Assembly: GCA_021613535.1 (NCBI GenBank)
Contig: CP075492.1
Span: 14,055,769-14,119,768 of the forward strand
DNA from: Adineta vaga
Lineage: Eukaryota; Animalia; Rotifera
DNA: 64,000 bases
Reading direction: 5' to 3'
The position numbers and the translations under genes were made by a program. The notes beneath the pieces were generated by a model. The model had not been told where the DNA came from. It worked only from the letters and a program-made list of their open reading frames with translations, and searched no databases. Shown here piece by piece: positions 47,515 through 61,700 of the stretch; positions within the stretch are counted from its first letter, which is position 1, and each line of letters opens with the position of its first letter.

Positions 47515-47905
47515 GTCGATAGAAAGTATTGTAAAAATTATTCTTTCTAATTGAGGTATTTATATTCATTCTATGACATGAAATTTGTTTTTATGTGATT
47601 GTGTAATTACTTGTTAACATGTAAAATTGTGAATGGTCGAATGACAATCATGATGAAATACAAACGCTTTATATAGTACAAGACTGATTTATTATTACCT
47701 CATTGGATACCATCATTTCTTCTTCAATAATAAATAATGACAGAATTATTTTCGAGAATATTCCTTCTTCGCGAACAAATCTTGACATTAGCAAAAACAT
47801 TACAAGTTGTTGAGCAATGACACTATATGTTGATAAAGAAGTATAACTATAGTTGTATCAACTAACTATTTAGGCTTCTTTTTTTTCTCGTCGATACAAT
47901 TTCTA

Positions 47906-49342
47906 ATGGCACAATCTATTAAAAGTACGAAACGAAAATTTGATGATATAGAATGTAAATCAGATCCCTTTATCATTCCTTCCATTTGTTATCAACAGAT
48001 TTTTCAACAATTACCTATAGAATCATTAATATCTGCTGCATTAACATGTAAAACATGGTATAATATTCTATCATCCAATTCATTTTGTTTTAACAAAAAT
48101 ACGAAATTAAACTTATCCAATGAACGACAACTCTTCATTATTTCCAATTCGACTATTCTACGTCATATCAATAAAATTGAAATGGGTACCTATAAACATG
48201 GAATAACAATCACACTATTGAGCAATTTTCGATTGAATTTTACTTCATTACATACATTAAAATTATGTTCTATTTCTTTAACACTTTCATTTATAACAAA
48301 TTTATTTCATTCGCTTTCACAAACATTAAAAAAGTTCATTGTCGCAATATGTTCGAAAATAACTCCACAAATGAATATTGATGCAACAACAACATGTCTT
48401 TGTCTTCTATCATCACTGAATCTTCTATCAAATTTAACATATTTCTCTCTTCTTGTGAAATCAAATACAAAGATTGAATTGAATATTGAGAAATATTTCA
48501 AATGTTTAACAAAATTACAAACACTTATTCTACATCAAGATAATTATACATGGAAACGAAGTCGAAATCAACAATTAACATCATTTCAATATCTAACGAA
48601 TTTGAAACATATCGAATGGTTTGAATTTTCATTATCAGATCTTCAAATTTTATCATCACTTTCTTGTAAACCTCCTTTACAATATGTTCATCTTCAAGAA
48701 ACATTGATAACCAATCAAATTTTACTTTATTTAAGTCAAATTCCTACAATTACTTCATTGAAATCGCATCGATTTTCTCCTTTAAGAGCACAATTAAATA
48801 TTAATGGTTTTCATCATCTTCTTTCATTAAAAGAAACATTGAAAGAATTAGAAATTAGTGTGAAACATCTTCAATATGATGAATTAAATCCAAATGAATC
48901 GGATAGCACCGACGATGAATATGAAGTTCATATAACTTCAGAACATATCGACATTTTAAAACAATTCCGCAATTTAACAAGTTTATCTTTTAACACCATA
49001 AATATTAGCAAAGAGAATATGAATAATTTATTGATTAGTATGGCTCATTATAAGCAATTAAAAATCTTAGATTTAGATTCCGTTTGTTTTCCATCATTGA
49101 CGATTTTATCAGAAATGACAAGTCTAGAAGAATTATCACTATCATATCTACGGAATGATAATCGAGAAGAATACACTGATGAACATTTGTTGATGTTAGC
49201 ATCATTGAAAAATTTACGAATATTGGAACTATGTTATAGTTTCAATTTATCAAAAGAGTTAAGAAAACAATTGAAAAAAACAACAGATTGGTGTCCAGTT
49301 TTCGTAAAATTAGAAGAATTTATTTATAATGGCGAAGAATGA
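47906..49342 (+). CDS. F-box-like / LRR protein, single exon, 478 aa. It is divergently transcribed from the F-box/LRR gene at 46030..47514.
   Basis: N-terminal IPSICYQQIFQQLPIESLISAALTCKTWYNILSS is F-box-like. The remainder has irregular L-rich repeats (LTSLSFN..LKILDLD...LEELSLS..). Confidence 0.45.
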   Translation: MAQSIKSTKRKFDDIECKSDPFIIPSICYQQIFQQLPIESLISAALTCKTWYNILSSNSFCFNKNTKLNLSNERQLFIISNSTILRHINKIEMGTYKHGITITLLSNFRLNFTSLHTLKLCSISLTLSFITNLFHSLSQTLKKFIVAICSKITPQMNIDATTTCLCLLSSLNLLSNLTYFSLLVKSNTKIELNIEKYFKCLTKLQTLILHQDNYTWKRSRNQQLTSFQYLTNLKHIEWFEFSLSDLQILSSLSCKPPLQYVHLQETLITNQILLYLSQIPTITSLKSHRFSPLRAQLNINGFHHLLSLKETLKELEISVKHLQYDELNPNESDSTDDEYEVHITSEHIDILKQFRNLTSLSFNTINISKENMNNLLISMAHYKQLKILDLDSVCFPSLTILSEMTSLEELSLSYLRNDNREEYTDEHLLMLASLKNLRILELCYSFNLSKELRKQLKKTTDWCPVFVKLEEFIYNGEE

Positions 49343-50128
49343 AAAACTCGCACTAAACATCTTCTGCTCTCTAATTGTAATAGTTTCTTTCACTATATAG
49401 TGTATTTTTCTAATTGATATGATTGCTATTATTCAAAATACATTAGTATGAAGTCGTCTGCGATCTTTTGTCGAAGCACTTATGCTGACAGAACAGATAA
49501 TCTCTCTTCAACATGTTTATCATAAAAAAGAGAATAATTATCGAAATCTTCAATGACAGTCGAAGATAAACTATGAGCAAATATTCGTCGTATCGCATCT
49601 ATTGGAACTATAATGAAACAATAAAATTCTTTAATAAATCATGATATGTTACGGCATTCTAAATATTCGTTGAAAGACTTCTATCGATGATTATTGTGTG
49701 TTATGAATATGCTTTTCTATAATGTAATTAGATCGTATTAAAACTCGAAAATGTTTGATTGATTGAACAAACTTTGAAAAATCATATATAAAGGTGAAAA
49801 AATGAGTTACATATGCTATTTTATTCTGATTATTTGATAAAATGTATCTATTTTTTTTTCAATTCATTCAATCTGTTCAACAAGAATAAATGTCACCTTT
49901 TTGTCCTTTTTTTTTGCACTTGATCGATCACATTCGGAAAAATCTCATTACCATAATACTCTTATGATTTTGTTTTGTTTTAAGAAGAGAAGTATAGATA
50001 TTACATCATTACTACGTACGTTTTCGTATATTAATATTTTTTGTGCATATAGAAGACTTATTTATTCATGGTTAAAAAATGAAGGACAACAAAAAACCAT
50101 GTCTTTTATTCAAAATACAATCAAATTC

Positions 50129-50536
50129 CTATGCACATATGACTTGAATGATTGCTTCTAATGGATTATTGTTCGTTCCAGGATACGGAGTGACATTCAC
50201 AAGAGTCACATTGTACGATTTGCTGCCTACAGCTATCACAGCATTACTTTTTGGTTGTGCACCAATAATCAATTCTATTGCACTCGAATCTTCTTTGTTG
50301 GAAAGAAGTAAATCAACCTTTGCTTGTCCTGCCCAAACACAAAGTACCTTTATTGGACATCGACCATCTTGAATAGAATTCACCTGTAGTTCTGCGTCAC
50401 AACATATGTCTGTTTTTTCATTTGCAGAAAGAGTTACTGTATATGTGACTAACTTCGTTTTTCCACCAATCACACTTGTATCGAAAATAATGAATACAAG
50501 GAAAAGTTGAGTTATTAATAAACGTAAATAAAACAT
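50129..50536 (-). CDS. Small secreted protein of unknown function, 135 aa.
   Basis: Signal peptide MFYLRLLITQLFLVFIIF. Cys-containing, with no recognisable domain. Confidence 0.3.
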   Translation of the reverse strand: MFYLRLLITQLFLVFIIFDTSVIGGKTKLVTYTVTLSANEKTDICCDAELQVNSIQDGRCPIKVLCVWAGQAKVDLLLSNKEDSSAIELIIGAQPKSNAVIAVGSKSYNVTLVNVTPYPGTNNNPLEAIIQVICA

Positions 50537-50559
50537 GATGAGAATGATTTTATATATAG

Positions 50560-51800
50560 TTTCACAAGTAGTATAACTTTACACACAATATATACTCGGC
50601 ATTAAATACCAAACGACGAACAAAAGAAGAATGTACATACGTAGATAATATAATTAAGTGACTATTTCGTAATAAGAATGATATACGTGATACATATAGT
50701 GAATCATTTGACGTCATTAGAAGAAGAAATGAGTGAAAAAACGTCGACGCTATTTCGAAAATCAAGATTTATCTTTAAAACGCTTAGGATATTTAAAATT
50801 TAATTCACAAATACTTTTCGTCACTTTGGCTTGTTACTCTATTTGTACTTGGTAATATAATGTACTTGTTGTTTTGAGAAGTCTCATGAAATAGAGTGGT
50901 TGCGCAATGGAACAAGATAATTAAGAACCAACTAGTTCTAAACATTGACAAAAATCTTTGGAAACTTTCGTGAATAGAAAATCATGTACGGTAACATTAT
51001 AAAAATATATTTCAGTAGATGATGATTACTATGTTATGTTTATACTCTTCCAGTTAATGTTTATGTAGGTTAAGCATTTTCTTTTTTGTTTACTCTTCCA
51101 CCGACTTGGCCATTCGTTTTGAATAGAAATAGTAAGTGAACATAGTTCGTTTGAATGATATACGTAGTTCGAATGAAAATAAGACACTTATTGGCAATAA
51201 TATCTTTCTGATGAGATGTTGAATTTGTGACAGATTGAATATTCTAAAAAGATACTGTTCTTGTAAATCCGTATACATACTTTCATTAAAAAATGATCAT
51301 TACATTTTAAATTTGTTCTGTAATCAATATTCTGCTTACTTATCAAACTAATTGGCATGGTATAAACGATTTTTAATCTCTTTTTTTATTTGACTGAGCT
51401 TTCTTACTCAAGGTTGAAACTGTGTCGATGCAAAGTATATGTTTTTGAGTTGTATGAAATGAGAACTTAAAATATTCTCCTCATAAAATGTTTCAGAAGA
51501 AGTAGTATTCTTAAGAGTAAATCCTTTTCTTTTTGAAAATCAGCGTCTATGGGATTGTTTTTATAAGTCATTCATCTAAATAATTAACAAATGTCATGAG
51601 AGTATAGTTCTGAAAATGACAATTTTTTTCTATTCTTTTGTTCCGTAAGATAAGCTGATTCTTTCTAATATCTTTGTCTTGTTCACTGCACAGCTTGTAA
51701 AGATTCATGTGCAAATTACTTTTTCAGTTAATTGTATAGCATCTTGAGGGTGTGGGTAAAGATGCAGATGAGTGCTCATCTCTTAAGAAATTTTAACGTT
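50560..51800 (-). pseudogene. Relic of a class-A GPCR paralog. It retains the 3' flank, the last ~15–20 codons and ~700 bp of 5' flank homologous to the intact GPCR locus at 51990..53900, but the ~1-kb CDS has been deleted.
   Basis: 50581–50760 aligns to 52020–52200 (...gatacatatagt(g/a)(a/g)atc(a/g)tt(t/c)gacgtca...). 50930–51060 aligns to 52215–52330. 51062–51100 aligns to the CDS 3' end at 52326–52385 (ttaagcattttc..ccaccgacttggccattcg vs ttagacatcttc..ccaatttgaccagtagt). 51100–51800 aligns to 53372–53900 (gaatagaaatagtaagtgaa...; atgggattgtttttataagtcattcatctaaataattaa vs atggaattgtttttataggttattcatctaaattaattaa). Confidence 0.5.
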
Positions 51801-52325
51801 TCCTTATTTTCATTTTCTACACTGTTCCTTTCGACGTCAGTATATGTCTATAATTTTGCTTTTTAGACTTTTTAAGGTTTGACATATTTGGATTTGATAT
51901 TTTCATTTTCCGCGTTGTTAGGTGGAATCATACAATGATGGTCTATTAATATTAGCTGATTGATAATTGTCTATAAAGCTTGATCCGTATATGTATCAAA
52001 TATTTGAATACAATTAATACCCAATATTTAGTACTAAACAACAAGCAAAATAAGAAAAAAAAGGAACGTACATACATATATAACATAGTTAAAGGTAAAT
52101 ATTTGGTAATAAGTAATGATGTATGTGATACATATAGTAGATCGTTCGACGTCAAGAGAGAAAGTGTAATGAAATAGAAAAGATGCGGTACATATAACAT
52201 GGTAGTTACAAACGAAAGAGTTACAAATATTGACAAGTTTTGAAATATTTCATGAATAGAAAATCGCTGTGCGATAACATAGTGAAATAACTTAGTTAAC
52301 CATCAATGATATATGTATCAATACG

Positions 52326-53345
52326 TTAGACATCTTCGTTCTTGTTTATTCCTGCTCCAATTTGACCAGTAGTTTTTGATATGATTTTTCTTTCCGTAGT
52401 TGCTACATTCACCATCATCATATTTCTTTGTGGTGCAATTGCATTGGTATTTCTCACACATTTTATCATTGCAAGAAATTCTCGTCGAAACTCAGTAAAT
52501 GTAATAATATATAACGGAAAGGACAAGATATGATAAGTAAACATTAATGCATCAGAAATCATTAAAATTGTATAACTAACAGTGTCATAGAAGAATGCAA
52601 ACATGATACTTGCTGGTATTGTCATAAGCAAAAATAAACATGTTGTGATAACTAATGTAATAGAAATGGCACGATGTTGAATACGAGAATTTTGGATGAC
52701 TGTTGTCCGATGGAGACGAATCAAATGGTAAATCACACCAACATCGAATGTGACCATGAAGAGAAATGGTGCACAATTATAAACACCCAATTGAAGATAA
52801 TCCCATAATGGAAAAACTTGATAAAGCAAAGAGTTAGCTGTGATTTCGCCATTAGATTTGACATAACAAGCAAAGAGAAGAAAATGAGCATTATAGATAA
52901 TAAATACACCAACAATACATGCAATGATGATTAAAATACTTTTTGATTGACTAAACCATGTTCGATTCAGACGACTCAACACTAAATATCGATCTAAACT
53001 AATAAATACACGAATCCATGCTGATGCTGAAGGCATAAAATAATCTATGAAACTCATAATTTTACATGCTGGAATACTATATCCAACTACATTGAATCCA
53101 TGAATTGCCGAAAGATAATGATCAAGATTCCATCCATATAACATGAATGTATCAAAAATGGCTATTGTGCGCATATAGTGCATGACAGGTTGCTTTTTTG
53201 TATCTCGAAATGGTCGTCGACAGAGAGTGATGAAAGTAAGTAGATTAAGAATGGTACCAGCGATGATGAGAAATAATGGATAATATGCAAAGAAAAGGAA
53301 TTCAAATTTAAGATCACTTGTTGAATCTGTATCGTTGGTAGACAT
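52326..53345 (-). CDS. Rhodopsin-like (class A) GPCR, single exon, 339 aa.
   Basis: 7TM topology, DRY motif (ISLDRYLVLS) and a TM7 PxxY motif (SFPLYIITF). Confidence 0.6.
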   Translation of the reverse strand: MSTNDTDSTSDLKFEFLFFAYYPLFLIIAGTILNLLTFITLCRRPFRDTKKQPVMHYMRTIAIFDTFMLYGWNLDHYLSAIHGFNVVGYSIPACKIMSFIDYFMPSASAWIRVFISLDRYLVLSRLNRTWFSQSKSILIIIACIVGVFIIYNAHFLLFACYVKSNGEITANSLLYQVFPLWDYLQLGVYNCAPFLFMVTFDVGVIYHLIRLHRTTVIQNSRIQHRAISITLVITTCLFLLMTIPASIMFAFFYDTVSYTILMISDALMFTYHILSFPLYIITFTEFRREFLAMIKCVRNTNAIAPQRNMMMVNVATTERKIISKTTGQIGAGINKNEDV

Positions 53346-54991
53346 TGCAGAGGAGATCGTTTGTTGAGTTATTCGAATTTTGAATAGAAATAGTAAGTGA
53401 AAATAGTTGGTTGAAATGAAAAGAAGATAGTTCCTTTCCTTTTTATTGTTAAATCATATTAGTGAAAACTAACCACGATATTTTAAATTTATTACGTAAT
53501 CTGCTATGAATTGTAATAGTATTAATATTGAGTCTGTGTTGCTGTTGTCTGTCTTCAACTTGTGTGAAATGAGAAGTAGAGACAAACAAAAATAATCACT
53601 TCATAGGATCTCTCAGCATAAGAAGTACTCGCACAAAAGTACATCCTTTCTCTTTATGAAATTCAGCTTCCATGGAATTGTTTTTATAGGTTATTCATCT
53701 AAATTAATTAAATAGAGTCCGAAGTATGCCAGTTGCGAAAATGACAATTTTTTCTAGGTTTTGATAGTTATTTTGTGACTGATATTTGTGTATTCATGGT
53801 TGTTTTCTCCGTATTGTAAGTTGATTTCTTTAAAAAATATTTATATTGTATACTGAGTAACTTGCAAAGATTTATGCGCAAATTGATATTTCCACTGATT
53901 ACATAGCAAAGAAGACATATTAATTCTATTTTTTGCTTTTATTATTAACTATTTAAAGTGATGCTGACAATCGACAAGTCATGCGTATTTGTCTAGTAAC
54001 GGATTATACAAGTCTTTGATTAATTGGGTGAGATGTGCGATCCACCAAGAGAGTCAGACTATTGCAGTATGTTATTGAATACAATACTCAGATATCTCTG
54101 GAAATATCGTTATGAAATTATATGTATTGATAGCTTAGTTTGATTACTCTTTCTTCATTATTAATTAGTAGTGTTTTGAATTTCTATCATCTATAAATAA
54201 ACAGAATCATAATCCTATTCGTCCGAATTGATCTTCGAAATAACTGATGCTATTTAGCAAATGTGTTTGTATCATACAGAAACCATATACTATCAACAAC
54301 AGACGTATTTTTAATTTACGTCGACTTTCTCTCAGTATAATCTTGTCCACATCATTTATTCATAGAGCCATTTCTTTCTTTCCTATTATTATTTATCTTT
54401 ATAAAAACATACGAGTGGTTCTCAAGCATTACTATTGACTTATTGCACAAGAGAACGTCGAGAAAGTGCAGCATCACTATCACCATTGTTCAGCTAATAT
54501 CAATAAGTACTTGCGGATGAATAGTTATGTAATGAATAAATAAATAAATAATTGATTTGTAATCTATCGTGTTTGATTTTTGCTGATCAGTCAATGAATG
54601 AAAGATGATAATGTAAAGTAAGTTGATTATTGATTAATATATAATAGATTGCCTATAATATCCAAGAAGCTCATGGAAACAACAATGAATAATACTCAGA
54701 GGAAAATACCATGGAAAAAAAAGAACACAAACAAGTATATCCTGTTTTTCGTATATCAATTATATGAGCCCACGAAAATCTGATGACACGAACATTAATT
54801 CAATTTTTCTGACTTTTGTTGATAACAAATAATGACATATTTTTCTAAGATTAATTATTACGTACATGATAAAGAAAAAAAGACAACATATCTATATGAA
54901 GCAATGTAGATATTCTTTTTCATTTCTAGTATACTTGTACATCATAAACTGTTCTATATATTCTGATTAGAAAAAAACGGTCAACAAAACG

Positions 54992-55375
54992 ATGAAACTT
55001 CATTTTATTTGTATATTATTGTTTGCAGTTTCGGCAGTATTCTGTGGTAGGATCAGTAAAAATACTTGTTTAGAGATGCAAAACATCCATTCTGTGTCTA
55101 TTTTAGAAACAAAATTGGGAAACAGTAAAGAAACAGCACAACGTGAATTTGAATATCGTATAATTACACGGCAATTATATGGTACAAATGATATGACAGG
55201 AAAGGATCCATCTCCAATCAGTGAAGGAGAATTGAATAAGTACGGTCGAGAAGGATGGCAACTTTGTGGATTGATAAATGCAAATTTTGTACCAGGTCTA
55301 TGGTCAACTCGAATTCCAGAAGTTCAAATGATATTCAAACGATTTAAACTGAAAAGTCGAGTTCACATAGGTTGA
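54992..55375 (+). CDS. Small secreted protein of unknown function, 127 aa.
   Basis: Signal peptide MKLHFICILLFAVSAVFC. Confidence 0.3.
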   Translation: MKLHFICILLFAVSAVFCGRISKNTCLEMQNIHSVSILETKLGNSKETAQREFEYRIITRQLYGTNDMTGKDPSPISEGELNKYGREGWQLCGLINANFVPGLWSTRIPEVQMIFKRFKLKSRVHIG

Positions 55376-55521
55376 AATTCTCCTAATAACTTTCATTTTT
55401 TCTTTTACAACCAAATCTTTTATTATTTTCTTTTTTCTTGAATCGCTGTCTTGAACATTACTATGAGAGTACAACTAAATAAAACATCAACTGGGTATTT
55501 TTCATGTTTACGTCGAGTGAC

Positions 55522-55557
55522 GGAAAAGAAAGGAAAGGAAAGGAAAGGAAAGGGAAA
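55522..55557. repeat. (GGAAA)n microsatellite in the 5' leader of the DDX60-like gene.
   Basis: gaaaggaaaggaaaggaaagggaaaa, seen directly. Confidence 0.8.
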
Positions 55558-55728
55558 ATATTTGAAAAATGCTTCACATACAGAAAAAACGATATTTTAA
55601 CACTCATTGCACAGACTGCATTCGTTAATAAATTGTTTTCTTTTTCTGTTCTGTCAGAAAAAAAGAAATGTGTTATCGTCATTGTTGATGTCTATGTCAT
55701 TTTAATACATAGTTATATTAACCAAACA

Positions 55729-58700
55729 ATGACATCTGTGGATACAAAACAATCTTCTACACAAATGAATCAGGAGATTACTCGATTTATTGATTATTTA
55801 CTCGATACAAATTCAACATCAGATATAGCTTATAATCAAACAATGTTAGAAAAAAATGAACTCTATCAAATACAATATAATTCAAGCTTTGAAGAAGTAG
55901 TTGATCAAAAATTAAAACAATGGAAAGAATTTGATCAAAAACAACAAATATCCACAGTCACTGAAAACAAGCTTTGGAATGATGAATCAGAAACAGACGA
56001 AGAAACATCATCCGAAGATGAGGAGAAACAAACATCACAAACACACAGTGATCCGAAAGAACAAATCAATTTGAAATCACATGAAATTCATATTGATTCA
56101 ATTAGTGAATGTCAACGTCTTCTACAATTGTTATATCATTGTCAACAGACTCATGTTCATTTCACGGATCTTTATTTTCGTACTCTTGATCGTTGCATGA
56201 AGCAAGATAATGAAAAGATCAGTGCGCTTGCTTTAAAACAAATTGCTTTACATCTTTTTGATGGTGTCAATGATCAAAAGGAACGTCAACATTTGATTAA
56301 ATATCTTCCAAAAAACCTTTCAGCATCAACCATTCCTGAAATACATAAACCGATTCTTGCAAAAATCCAAAGCTTAATGTCAAATAATGAATCAACTGTG
56401 ATATCTGCAGATGATCTTGATGTTTTATATCCTTATCATGCTCGTTTTCTTGATCTACGACGTGAATTTCGTGATAGTACACATTATTTCATTGATGGTG
56501 ATTCATTACTCCTCTCGATTGCTCATCATATCAATGTTGATCTTATTTCATATTTTGGTAATACTCTTCATGTTATCTTTATTATTGAACGTATTCTTTT
56601 AACACTTTACAATCAAACACATCAATGTAATTATACATTAGTCTTTTTTGATTGTCATCATCAATATTATCAACAAGAAAATTCAATTCTTAATCTTATT
56701 CGTTCGTCTCTTATTGTTCATCTTTCAAAAAATATCGATAAATATGGTCCATCAAAAGTACAACGATTTACATCATGGCTTGGTGTAGATTATAAGAAAT
56801 TTGTTCAAGAAGAAAAACCACATTTTATATTTTATCATGATATGTCAAGTTTTGATTTAGTCAAAGATCAACTATTATCTCAAAAATCATTAGAACATCT
56901 TCTCTATATCTATCGTTTATTTGGTATTTATCATCAATATCATTTAGAATGTCATGCATATCTGATGAATAAATTAACATTAACTGATGCGTATATTAAA
57001 TGTTTTCAAATAGAATTTCGTATAAATTGTTCGCAACGAGTTTTAAAAAATGCAGTTCGAATATTACCATTTTACCAACATAGTACCGTTGTCGAACAAG
57101 ATCGATGGATTGAATTTGAAAGACAAATAATGAATCGAATGAATAATCAGGATGATATACGATTGTTTCTCTATATTAAAACAATCATTGATTTGATTGA
57201 GAAGAATAAAGTATGTTCATTCTTGATTTCAGATTATTTATTTGCTTTATTTGTCTTTAGGATCAATTGGAACAACAAAATTTATTCAAACTTCTTGCTC
57301 CATTACTTCTACTTCATGTTGCACTTCTCATTCGTTTGTCATTAATCGATCGGCATCTGCCATCAAATTTTCCTTCTATTACATTCAGTTCGATGTTTTC
57401 TCAATTGATCGTTCAGTTCCAACAATGTCTGGCATTATCTATCACTTCATGTTTATCACTTCGATTATGGTCAAAGATCACTGATCTATTCGATGGACGT
57501 CTTTTTACATTTACTCTCTATCAACTAAATCAATTACTGTCGAAAGCATCTTTTGATTCCGATACAATGAGCATCGTCAATGATGGTTTATCATTTTTAA
57601 ATTTGTCAACAAGTAAAAATACTTTTTATCAAACAGTAGAAATGTTAATTCAATCGAAACATGTTATTATTTCATCTTCATCAATGAACGAAACATCTAC
57701 TACAATCAAAACACAACAAATTACACAAATAACTAATCCATTTATTGATACTTATTTGAAACCAATCATTTCAAATGCTGATAAGATGATGTTCAATTTT
57801 GTCGATCCAAAAGACATTTGTGTAACTCGATATGAAGGTAACTATTCTTCGATATTCTCAATTCTATTAAATTTTTATTTATTATTCCGTAGGGAAATAT
57901 CATTGGCATGCGTATAAAGAAGTAAGAATTTCGATAACTGTTTTTTTTAAATAATTCTATAATATTCTATGCTATAGGTTGGTGATGAAATCAGTCGCAT
58001 ACGAAATAATGATAAGGACTTTCGAAATACAAAGAACTATCGTTATCGAACTAAACAACAACAGAAATTGTAAGATGAATGATTGTTTTGACTTCTCTTA
58101 TTGGATATCTTTCTTTTAGTTATTCTTATTTTACTTTATATGGTAATTCATTGACTAGTCGTGATGTTCGAGATAATCATTTGCAAATTATATTACCTAC
58201 TGTTTCAACAACGATAACTACAATGGATGCTAAAAAGAAAGAAAAACCTCAGAAAAAAGCAGATAAAATTCGCGAAGAACATAAACAAGAAAAAATGGCT
58301 AAACGTGCTGAAACTGAAACTGATCAACTGACGGCAATTTATGATATATTAAAAACAATTCCATGTGATAATTATTCACAAGCCATTAAACTTATTGATG
58401 AAAGTTTACTAGATTTTGAAACATCAATTCATCGTTTTGATTTATTAAAACAAAAATTTCGTATTCAACGAAAATATTTACAATCTCTTCGAAAGAAAAC
58501 TATTTTAACACTGGAAGAAAAATCCATTTTGGAACTTCTTCAAGTAGCTTATTTTGCAACAATGACTGAAATGATTCATCTTGAAAAGATCAATGATGTC
58601 TTTGATAAAAAGAGAAAATATTTAGAAGAACTTATTGATTATTCACCCTTAGATCGTGAAAAATGGTATCGATTTCAATTGGAACAAATTAATAGTCGTT

Positions 58701-61700
58701 TACCAAGACGTGAACTTGGTGTACCTGATAAACGCGTACTTGATTTTGTTCCAGATGAATGGCAAGTGAAATTTCTTGATGCTGTCGATAAACGACAATC
58801 AATCATTATCGTCGCTCCGACTGCTTCAGGTTCGTTTATTTCTTTCCTATATAGTCTTTCGCTTTTGAGATATATATATATATATATACAGGTAAAACTT
58901 ATGCATCGTACTATGCCATGAATAAAGTATTGAAAGACAATCAAGATCAATATGGTATTTGTGTTTATATTGCACCAACGAAAGCATTGGTTAATCAAGT
59001 AGCAGGTATAGATAAATCTTTTATTGTAAACTTATTACAGAAAATAACTTTTAGCTACAATTCATTCAAAATTTGGTCCGATTTTTGGAATATTTACACG
59101 AGATTATCGTATAAATATGGATGCATGTCGAATCTTAGTTACTGTTCCGCAATGTATGGAAATCTTACTTTTATCTCCGTCACATCAACGTTGGTGTCAA
59201 CGAATTCGATATGCAATTTTTGATGAAATTCATTGTATGTCAGGTGAAATTGGAGCTGATGTTTGGGAAAAAACGATGTTACTTATTAACTGTCCAATGA
59301 TTGGTCTTTCGGCAACAGTAAATAATAGCACTGAATTATGTCAATGGATTACAAATGTTGAAAACGAACGATCGAAATTATTCAAAACATCAAATCCTCG
59401 TGAAGTCTGTTTGATTACTCATTATGAACGTGCTGCTGATCTAAATAAATATTTATATACTAATCGAGAATTATATTCAATTCATCCAATTGGAGTTATG
59501 AATGCAAAACAGTTAGTAACACGAGGTATTCCAAAAGATTTTTCTATGTCACCACGTGAAACTTTACAACTAAATGATCTTATGAATGCACAGTAAGTAT
59601 AAAAACTATACTGATAATTACCACAACTTCAATTTGATTATTGTTATAGACATAGTGATTCTGAAGAGAAACAAGTACCACCATTGGCCGAATATTTCTC
59701 ATCTGATTGGATCGTTGAACGAAGTAAATCCAATGAATATACAAAACTGGTTTGTGATCGATTTCATGATTTGATTGATAAACAAGAAACATCGACGATT
59801 GATTCAATTGTTAAATCATTGAAACCCATTACTTCAAAAGTTGTTCAATATCCAGAAACGAAACAGGCATCATCTTTAATTGTTGATTTTATCGTGACAC
59901 TTAAAGAAAAAAATCTACTTCCATGTATCGTGTTTTCGGATAATCGAAATTTATGTGAAGTGATGGCAAACAGTGTTACTAAATATTTATATAAAGTGGA
60001 AAAAAACTTGCGAGAAACAAAATATAGAATGCAAATTCAAGAATTAAATAAACGTCTGGAATTAATCGAACTCAATCGTCAAAAAATGAAACCAAAGAAA
60101 ACAGCGAAATCTTCCAGTAAACGTCATCATGCTGAAGATAATCTCGAAGAAATACAGATGACAGAAGAAGAAGAAAATAATCAAATTTTCCTTTCTGGAC
60201 ATGAACAACAGTTATTAAATGGTATTTTAGATGAAGGAACATTAGCTAATCAACAAGGATGTAATCGAGAATTAGTCGATGCTTTATTAGAACGTGCTGA
60301 TAAAGAAAATCCTCGATTAGTTTCATATATGAGACGAGGTGTTGCTTATCATCATGCTGGTTTAAATAATAAAGGTCGAGTTGCTGTCGAAGCACTCTTT
60401 CGTAATCGATATGTTCAAGTTGTTTTCTCAACAGCAACTCTCGGTATGTTTTTCTCCATTATCTGTATCAAGTCATAGAATTCTTTGTTCTTCTAGCATT
60501 GGGTATACATATGCCAACAAAAACAGTTGCATTTATTCAGGATACAATTTATCTGGATGCTTTACAGTATCGACAAGCATCTGGTCGTGCAGGTCGTCGT
60601 GGATTTGATATTCAAGGTCATGTTGTATTTATTGATATTCCTTTAGAAAAAATAAGTCATCTGATGATTTCGGCAATCCCAGATATTCATCCACATTTTC
60701 CAACAAGTGTTACATTTCTTATGCGTCTTCTTCATTTATGTTCAAGTGCAAAAGATATTCAAGATGCAATTAATCGATCATTAATTGTTTTACAATGTCC
60801 GTTAATGGCCCAAAAAACGTGGAAGAATCAATTGATTGAAACTCAAACGCGTTTTCATTGTTTATTTACGTTAGATTTTCTTCATCGATTGAATTTAATC
60901 AATGGACAAGGACATTTAATCGGTTTAGCTGGTCTTTTAACTCATTTACATTATTTTGAACCAGCTAATATTCTACTTGTTTATCTTATGGATACTCGAT
61001 TATTTCATCAAATTGAAGATCAATTCGAAATTATCACAATCTTTGCTTATCTTTTTACGAATATGCCATGGTAAGTTGAAATCATCTTATACTTTCATAT
61101 TTCATCTTCGACAGATTTTCTAGGTTAATTACTCATCGAAAATATGAAGATCTATCTGAAAAACGAAAGAAAGCAAAATTAAATTCCAAGTTATTCTTAG
61201 AACCAATCTCAAAAGAATTCCGAAAACGTGTTGAAGTTTATAATAGCATTGTTAAAGAAGTGTATGGATGTTATATTGAAACAGTATCACAATACCTTCG
61301 TTCGAAAGGTAATACACAGGAAGAAATATTACCATTTTCAAATATTTCATTTACTCAAAATATTGATTATGATAATGGTACATTTGAATATCAACTTCAT
61401 CATCATCATTCACAACAAGATGGAAATACGTCATCGATTTCTCCTTTTGCTGCTCTATCGGGCCTTACTCATGAAAAATATATGTCAAATTATAATCCAA
61501 TTGTTGGCTCATGGGATCTTGTTTATGATCTTGATTTATCACCTAAAGTTGTTCCTTTTATTGATATTGATTGCTGTGATCATACAAATACAGCTTATCA
61601 TTTGAATAGTTATGCATTAGATTTTTATAAACATGGTTCTGAAACATTGATAACTACGGAAAATGGATTAAATTCAGGTGATACATATAATCTTCTATTA

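Noticed and set aside
55504-55728. N-terminal 75 codons of ORF 55504 (MFTSSDGKERKGKERKGK...)
   Set aside because: The KERKGKERKGK stretch is just the (GGAAA)n microsatellite read in frame. The first plausible start is the ATG at 55729, so this stretch is treated as leader and promoter.
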